The translations under genes and the position numbers were made by a program. This document shows positions 59,740-64,000 of a stretch of DNA of 64,000 nucleotides, piece after piece. Below the pieces are notes generated by a model. That model was not told where the DNA came from and did not search any database. It worked only from the letters and a program-made list of their open reading frames with translations. The DNA comes from an uncultured beta proteobacterium (GTDB lineage: Bacteria > Pseudomonadota > Gammaproteobacteria > Burkholderiales > Burkholderiaceae_F). How positions within the stretch are numbered: the stretch's first letter is position 1; each line of letters begins with the position of its first letter. The stretch covers positions 50,851-114,850 of the forward strand of contig CAVPGM010000045.1 in assembly GCA_963703945.1 (NCBI GenBank), given 5' to 3'.

Positions 59740-61002
59740 TCAGGCGCTCGCGAGGCCGGTCAGCCGCTGCACGCGAAGTGATGCGGGCGGATGCGTGTCG
59801 TAGAACGCCGAATGGATCGGATCAGGCGTCAGAGTCGACGCGTTATCCTCGTACAGCTTGACCAGCGCCGCGACCAGATCGTCGGCCGAGGCATGCTTCG
59901 CGGCGAAGGCATCGGCTTCGAACTCGTGCCGACGCGACAGGTAGCTGCCGAGTGGCGCGAACGAAAACGTGTACACCGGCAGCACCAGGATGAACAGCAC
60001 CAGTGCGACACCCTCGTTGCCACCGACCAGCGCGGGCTCGACCCCCAGGCCGGTGTAGAACCACGGCTGCATCGCCAACCAGCCGAGCAACGCCAGAACG
60101 ACAAGACTGGCAATGAAGGAAAACGCCAGTCGCTTGGCGATGTGCTTCAACTTGAAGTGACCCAGTTCATGCGCGAGTACGGCCTCGATCTCGGACGGCT
60201 GCAGGCGATCGACCAGCGTATCGAAGAAGACGATGCGCTTGGCCCGCCCGAGTCCAGTGAAGTACGCGTTGCCGTGCGCCGAACGACGCGAACCATCCAT
60301 CACGAACACACCCTTGCTCGAGAAGCCGGTCCGGCTCAGCAATTCGGCGATGCGCTGTGCCAGCCCGGCGTCCTTCAGCGGCTCGAAGCGATTGAAGAGT
60401 GGAGCAATCAGGGTCGGGTAGATGATCAGCACCATCGCATTGAAACCGACCCAGAGCAGCCACGCGTAGACCCACCAGTAGCCGCCGGCGCTGCGCATCA
60501 GGGCGATGACTGCAGCGAGCAACGGAAGCCCAAGCAGCGCGGCCAGCACGAAGGACTTGCCGAGATCGGTCAACCACAGCGCGAGCGTCATGCGGTTGAA
60601 GCCGAACCGTTGCTCGATGCGGAACTGGCGGTACCACGAGAAGGGCAGGTCCAGTACCCCCAGCACCACGGCTACAGCGACCACGAATGCCAGCTGGAAG
60701 ACGAAGCCGGGTTCGATCCAGGAGCCGACTGTATCAGCCAGCCACTGCAGTCCGCCCAGCAGAGTCAGCGCGATCAGCACTGCGGCGGTCACCGCGGTCT
60801 CGACCAGCGCGACGCGAGTCTTTGCGATTGTGTAGGACGCCGCCTTGCGGTGCGCGTTCAACGAAACTCGTCCTGCAAACTGCTGCGGGACGGCAGCCGC
60901 GTGTTCGCCGACATGGCGTACCTGCCGCCAGGCCAGCCAGTACTTCAGGCCGACCATCAGCAGCAGGAATCCGACGAACGACAGAGAAAGGATCTGGGAC
61001 AT
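59740..61002 (-). CDS. M48-family (Ste24/HtpX-like) zinc metallopeptidase
   Basis: 420 aa, multi-TM, HEXXH motif ([12 protein letters not shown]). Confidence 0.88.
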   Translation of the reverse strand: MSQILSLSFVGFLLLMVGLKYWLAWRQVRHVGEHAAAVPQQFAGRVSLNAHRKAASYTIAKTRVALVETAVTAAVLIALTLLGGLQWLADTVGSWIEPGFVFQLAFVVAVAVVLGVLDLPFSWYRQFRIEQRFGFNRMTLALWLTDLGKSFVLAALLGLPLLAAVIALMRSAGGYWWVYAWLLWVGFNAMVLIIYPTLIAPLFNRFEPLKDAGLAQRIAELLSRTGFSSKGVFVMDGSRRSAHGNAYFTGLGRAKRIVFFDTLVDRLQPSEIEAVLAHELGHFKLKHIAKRLAFSFIASLVVLALLGWLAMQPWFYTGLGVEPALVGGNEGVALVLFILVLPVYTFSFAPLGSYLSRRHEFEADAFAAKHASADDLVAALVKLYEDNASTLTPDPIHSAFYDTHPPASLRVQRLTGLASA

Positions 61003-61126
61003 TGGATCGGGGGCGGCAACTCATCGCAACGACCGGACGGCGATGCAGTGTGCGAAGCCAAGCATGCGACAATCGCACGCGGAGCGGATTCGATCACAAC
61101 GCCTCGATCGAATAAGCCGAAGAATT

Positions 61127-61708
61127 ATGTCACAGCCTCCGCCTCAAGCCCCCGTCCGCCACGAGCGTTACAGCGAGACCAACCTCGTGTGGGTCGACAT
61201 GGAGATGTCCGGACTCAGCCCGGACTCCGATCGCGTGCTGGAAGTGGCGGTCGTGGTGACCGACGCCCAGCTCGATGTGATCGCGGAAGGACCGGTACTG
61301 GTCATCCTGCAATCCAAGCGGGTGCTCGCCGGCATGGATGCCTGGAACACCGCGACGCACGCACGCTCGGGACTGATCGACAAGGTTCGCGCATCCACCG
61401 TTGACGAGGACACCGCCTCCGCGGCAATCATCGATTTCCTGCAGCGGCACGTTCCGCCGGGCAAGTCGCCGATGTGCGGCAATTCGATCTGCCAGGACCG
61501 ACGTTTCATGGCGCGCTGGATGCCGCAACTCGAAGCGTACTTCCATTATCGCAACCTCGACGTCAGCACGGTCAAGGAACTCGCGCGCCGCTGGAATCCC
61601 GAGGTCTATCGCTCGTTCGAGAAGAAGAGCCGGCACGAGGCGCTGGCCGACATCTACGAATCGATCGACGAGCTCCGGCACTACCGAACACACTGGCTGC
61701 GGAGCTGA
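61127..61708 (+). CDS. orn: Oligoribonuclease
   Basis: Conserved from [30 protein letters not shown]... within ORF 60845..61708. DEDDh exonuclease motifs (...[11 protein letters not shown]..., ...HEALADI...). Confidence 0.9.
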   Translation: MSQPPPQAPVRHERYSETNLVWVDMEMSGLSPDSDRVLEVAVVVTDAQLDVIAEGPVLVILQSKRVLAGMDAWNTATHARSGLIDKVRASTVDEDTASAAIIDFLQRHVPPGKSPMCGNSICQDRRFMARWMPQLEAYFHYRNLDVSTVKELARRWNPEVYRSFEKKSRHEALADIYESIDELRHYRTHWLRS

Positions 61709-61715
61709 CCGAATA

Positions 61716-62846
61716 TCAGCCGCGGTCTGCGGGCGGCGGATTGCCGACGACGTCGACGCTTCGCTGCGCGGCGACGCCTTCGGCCGGCTCGGCGGGCAGC
61801 AACGCTTCCTGCGCGCTCATCCAGGCCCGGCCCAGCGCGAAGCCGAGCGCGAGCAGCACGGGACCGAGGATCACGCCGATGAATCCGAAAGCGATCACGC
61901 CGCCGAGGACACCGAGAAAGATCATTCCGAGCGACAGCGTCGACCCCCGTGCGATCAGGATCGGCTTGAGGAAGTTGTCGATGGTGCTGATCACGACCGC
62001 GCCCCAGATCACCATGAAAATGGCCCAGCCAGTTTCGCCCTGCGTATAGAGCCAGATGGCCGCCGCGCCCCACAGCAGCACGGGGCCCATCGGCACGACC
62101 GACAGCACGAAGGTCCCCACGCCGAGCATGAATGCTCCGGGCACCCCGGCGATCAGGAAGCCGATGAATGCGACGAATCCCTGTGCCGCCGCCGTCCCGA
62201 CGATGCCGATGACCACGCTGCGAGTCGTTCCCGTGACGATCGTCAGGACTTCCGAGCTCAGGTGGCCCGAAACGCGGTCCATGACGCGCCGGGCCAGCGC
62301 CGCGATGCGCTCGCCATCGCGGTAATAGAAGAAGACGATGAAGGTGACGAGCAGCAACTGCACGATGCCATCGCCCAGTACCCGCACGAAAGCCAGCGAC
62401 AGGCGGCCCGCCGGTTCGATCGCGCGCTGCAGCAGGGCGGCGAGTTGCGCGCGGTCGATCAGCAGAGCCTCGAGCTGCGTGAATGCGCGTTCGCCGATTA
62501 GCGGAATCTTCTTCAGTTGCTCGGGAGAATGAAGTCCGCCTTGGGTCCAGGCCTTGAACAGGCCGACCAGCGCCGGAATCTGGTCGGCCGCCGCGGCCGA
62601 CAGCAGCGTGATCGGAATGATCACCAGCACCAGGATCATCACCAGCATGGCCGACGCGGCCAGTGTTGCGTTGCCGCCGACTGCACGCTGCAACCGCTCG
62701 AAGACCGGCCACGTAGCGATGGCGAACACGCCGGCAAACAGCATCGCGGACAGGAACGGATACAGCACCATCAGAACGCCGATCGCGACGATCGCCGCGC
62801 CGCCGTAGCGGAACAGGTTGTCGAAGTTGGCTCGGATGGAGGTCAT
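61716..62846 (-). CDS. AI-2E family transporter (PerM/YdiK-like permease)
   Basis: 376 aa, about 8 TM, with family-typical patterns (...VVISTIDNFLKPILI...). Confidence 0.82.
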   Translation of the reverse strand: MTSIRANFDNLFRYGGAAIVAIGVLMVLYPFLSAMLFAGVFAIATWPVFERLQRAVGGNATLAASAMLVMILVLVIIPITLLSAAAADQIPALVGLFKAWTQGGLHSPEQLKKIPLIGERAFTQLEALLIDRAQLAALLQRAIEPAGRLSLAFVRVLGDGIVQLLLVTFIVFFYYRDGERIAALARRVMDRVSGHLSSEVLTIVTGTTRSVVIGIVGTAAAQGFVAFIGFLIAGVPGAFMLGVGTFVLSVVPMGPVLLWGAAAIWLYTQGETGWAIFMVIWGAVVISTIDNFLKPILIARGSTLSLGMIFLGVLGGVIAFGFIGVILGPVLLALGFALGRAWMSAQEALLPAEPAEGVAAQRSVDVVGNPPPADRG

Positions 62847-62954
62847 CGGCTCGGCAGGTATGAGGGAATCTCTGGAAAGCTTGCGGCGCTTGCAAGCGCC
62901 ACCGCCCGCGCACAGGCGAATCGTACGCAGGCACGATTCGCTGGCCTGCGCCCG

Positions 62955-63026
62955 TCCCCCCGCCGGGAATTGAACCCAGATCTAGCGCTTAGGAGGCACT
63001 TGTTCTATCCGTTGAACTACGGGGAG
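62955..63026 (-). tRNA. tRNA-Arg (anticodon CCU); CCA not encoded
   Basis: Manual fold of the minus strand: acceptor CTCCCCG/CGGGGGG, D-arm GTTC-AACGGATA-GAAC, anticodon arm AGTGC-CTCCTAA-GCGCT, 4-nt variable region, T-arm CTGGG-TTCAATT-CCCGG, discriminator A. The 5' end is accurate to plus or minus 1 nt. Confidence 0.8.
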
Positions 63027-63208
63027 CGCGTGCAGTATAGCGAGCGCCCTCCCGTAGAATCCGCGCGCGACAAAGTGCCGGGACCGGCGAACGGCCACTG
63101 CATAATCCGTGGTCACTCCGATGGCAGCGAGCAGGCATGCGGTTCCGCGGTTCGCAGCTGACGGTTTTTCCACAGGCGCTGGGGACAACTTTCTGATGAT
63201 GTCGATCG

Positions 63209-64000
63209 ATGGCTGCCAAGCTGCGCGCTGACGCCCGACGGGCCGCCGACTATGGCGAGGCCTCGATTCGAGTCCTCAAGGGTCTCGAGCCGGTGCGGCA
63301 ACGCCCCGGCATGTACACGCGCACTGACAGTCCGCTGCACATCATCCAGGAGGCAATCGACAACGCGTCCGACGAGATCCTCGCGGGGTTCGGGCATCGC
63401 ATCGACGTCACGCTGCATGCAGACGGTTCGGTCAGCGTCGACGATGACGGCCGCGGAATCCCAGTCGGCCTGCATCCTGAAGAGAAGGCGCCCGTCGTCG
63501 AAATCGTGTTCGCACGCCTGCACGCCGGCGGCAAGTTCGACAAGCGCGCCGGCGGTGCCTATTCATTCGCGGGTGGATTGCACGGCGTCGGCGTGTCAGT
63601 GACCAACGCGCTGTCGTCGCGGCTCGAAGTGACGGTGTGGCGCGACGGGAAGATGCACACCATTGCATTTGCCGACGGCGAGGTCAGCCAGCCGTTGAAG
63701 TCGACGACGGGCAAGTCGCAGGGCCGGGTGAGCGGGACGCGCGTTCGGACGTGGCCGAATCCGAAGTATTTCGACTCCGCCCAAGTGCCGGTCGATGAAC
63801 TGGAGCGACTGCTGCGCAGCAAGGCCGTGCTGCTGCCCGGTACCGAGGTGACGCTTGCCGTGGAGAAATCCGGCGCGCAGCAGCGCTGGCTCTACCAGGG
63901 CGGGCTGCTCGAATATCTGCTGGGTTCGCTGGGGGAGGAGCCGCTGCTGCCCCCGTTCGAGTCGAGCGGCTACGCCGGCGCCGAGGATGACACCTATGCC
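63209..64000 (+). CDS. parE: DNA topoisomerase IV subunit B (5' part; continues beyond the window)
   Basis: Not in the ORF track (no stop in the window). ATG 63209 follows an in-frame TGA at 63197. MAAKLRADARRAADYGEASIRVLKGLEPVRQRPGMYTRTDSPLHIIQEAIDNASDEILAG...DDDGRGIPV... is a GHKL ATPase N-terminus of ParE type. Confidence 0.88.
   Translation, partial: MAAKLRADARRAADYGEASIRVLKGLEPVRQRPGMYTRTDSPLHIIQEAIDNASDEILAGFGHRIDVTLHADGSVSVDDDGRGIPVGLHPEEKAPVVEIVFARLHAGGKFDKRAGGAYSFAGGLHGVGVSVTNALSSRLEVTVWRDGKMHTIAFADGEVSQPLKSTTGKSQGRVSGTRVRTWPNPKYFDSAQVPVDELERLLRSKAVLLPGTEVTLAVEKSGAQQRWLYQGGLLEYLLGSLGEEPLLPPFESSGYAGAEDDTYA

Overview
By eye this is a high-GC chromosomal segment. Gene content and synteny look betaproteobacterial (Burkholderiales-like), which is inference only. 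I can support about 60 protein-coding genes, 2 tRNAs, a few rho-independent terminators and several candidate regulatory sites.

Most of the window is core housekeeping:
- rpmG-rpmB, radC, fkpB-ispH, xerD and plsY
- the tsaD / rpsU-yqeY-dnaG-rpoD-tRNA-Ile2 block
- rpsP-rimM-trmD-rplS, rsgA, orn and the start of parE

Between these blocks sit metabolic and transport genes:
- iron ABC transporter parts plus bfd-bfr
- a MoxR-DUF58-TgpA-MltB operon
- acyl-CoA metabolism genes
- putA, and etfBA with an acyl-CoA dehydrogenase
- a rubrerythrin / Fe-S / DUF3501 cluster

I saw no transposase, phage gene, CRISPR array or recognisable defence system, and no integrase other than housekeeping xerD. I do not see a clear undescribed multi-gene system.

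The points most worth a second look are:
1. About 14 single-base indels break six otherwise well conserved genes. Eight of them are packed into about 720 bp of one acyl-CoA dehydrogenase. This is either an assembly-quality problem or very recent gene decay.
2. A 39-bp att-like direct repeat copies the 3' half of tRNA-Ile(CAU) 120 bp downstream.
3. One ORF appears to fuse an ornithine aminotransferase to an amidinotransferase-superfamily hydrolase.
4. The rubrerythrin / CCG-type Fe-S protein / DUF3501 module is conserved but functionally unassigned. It has a perfect 7-1-7 palindrome in the only AT-rich promoter region of the window.
5. Fur-box-like palindromes tie together a physically split iron ABC transporter.

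All coordinates come from manual reading. Start codons are often uncertain in this GC-rich sequence.
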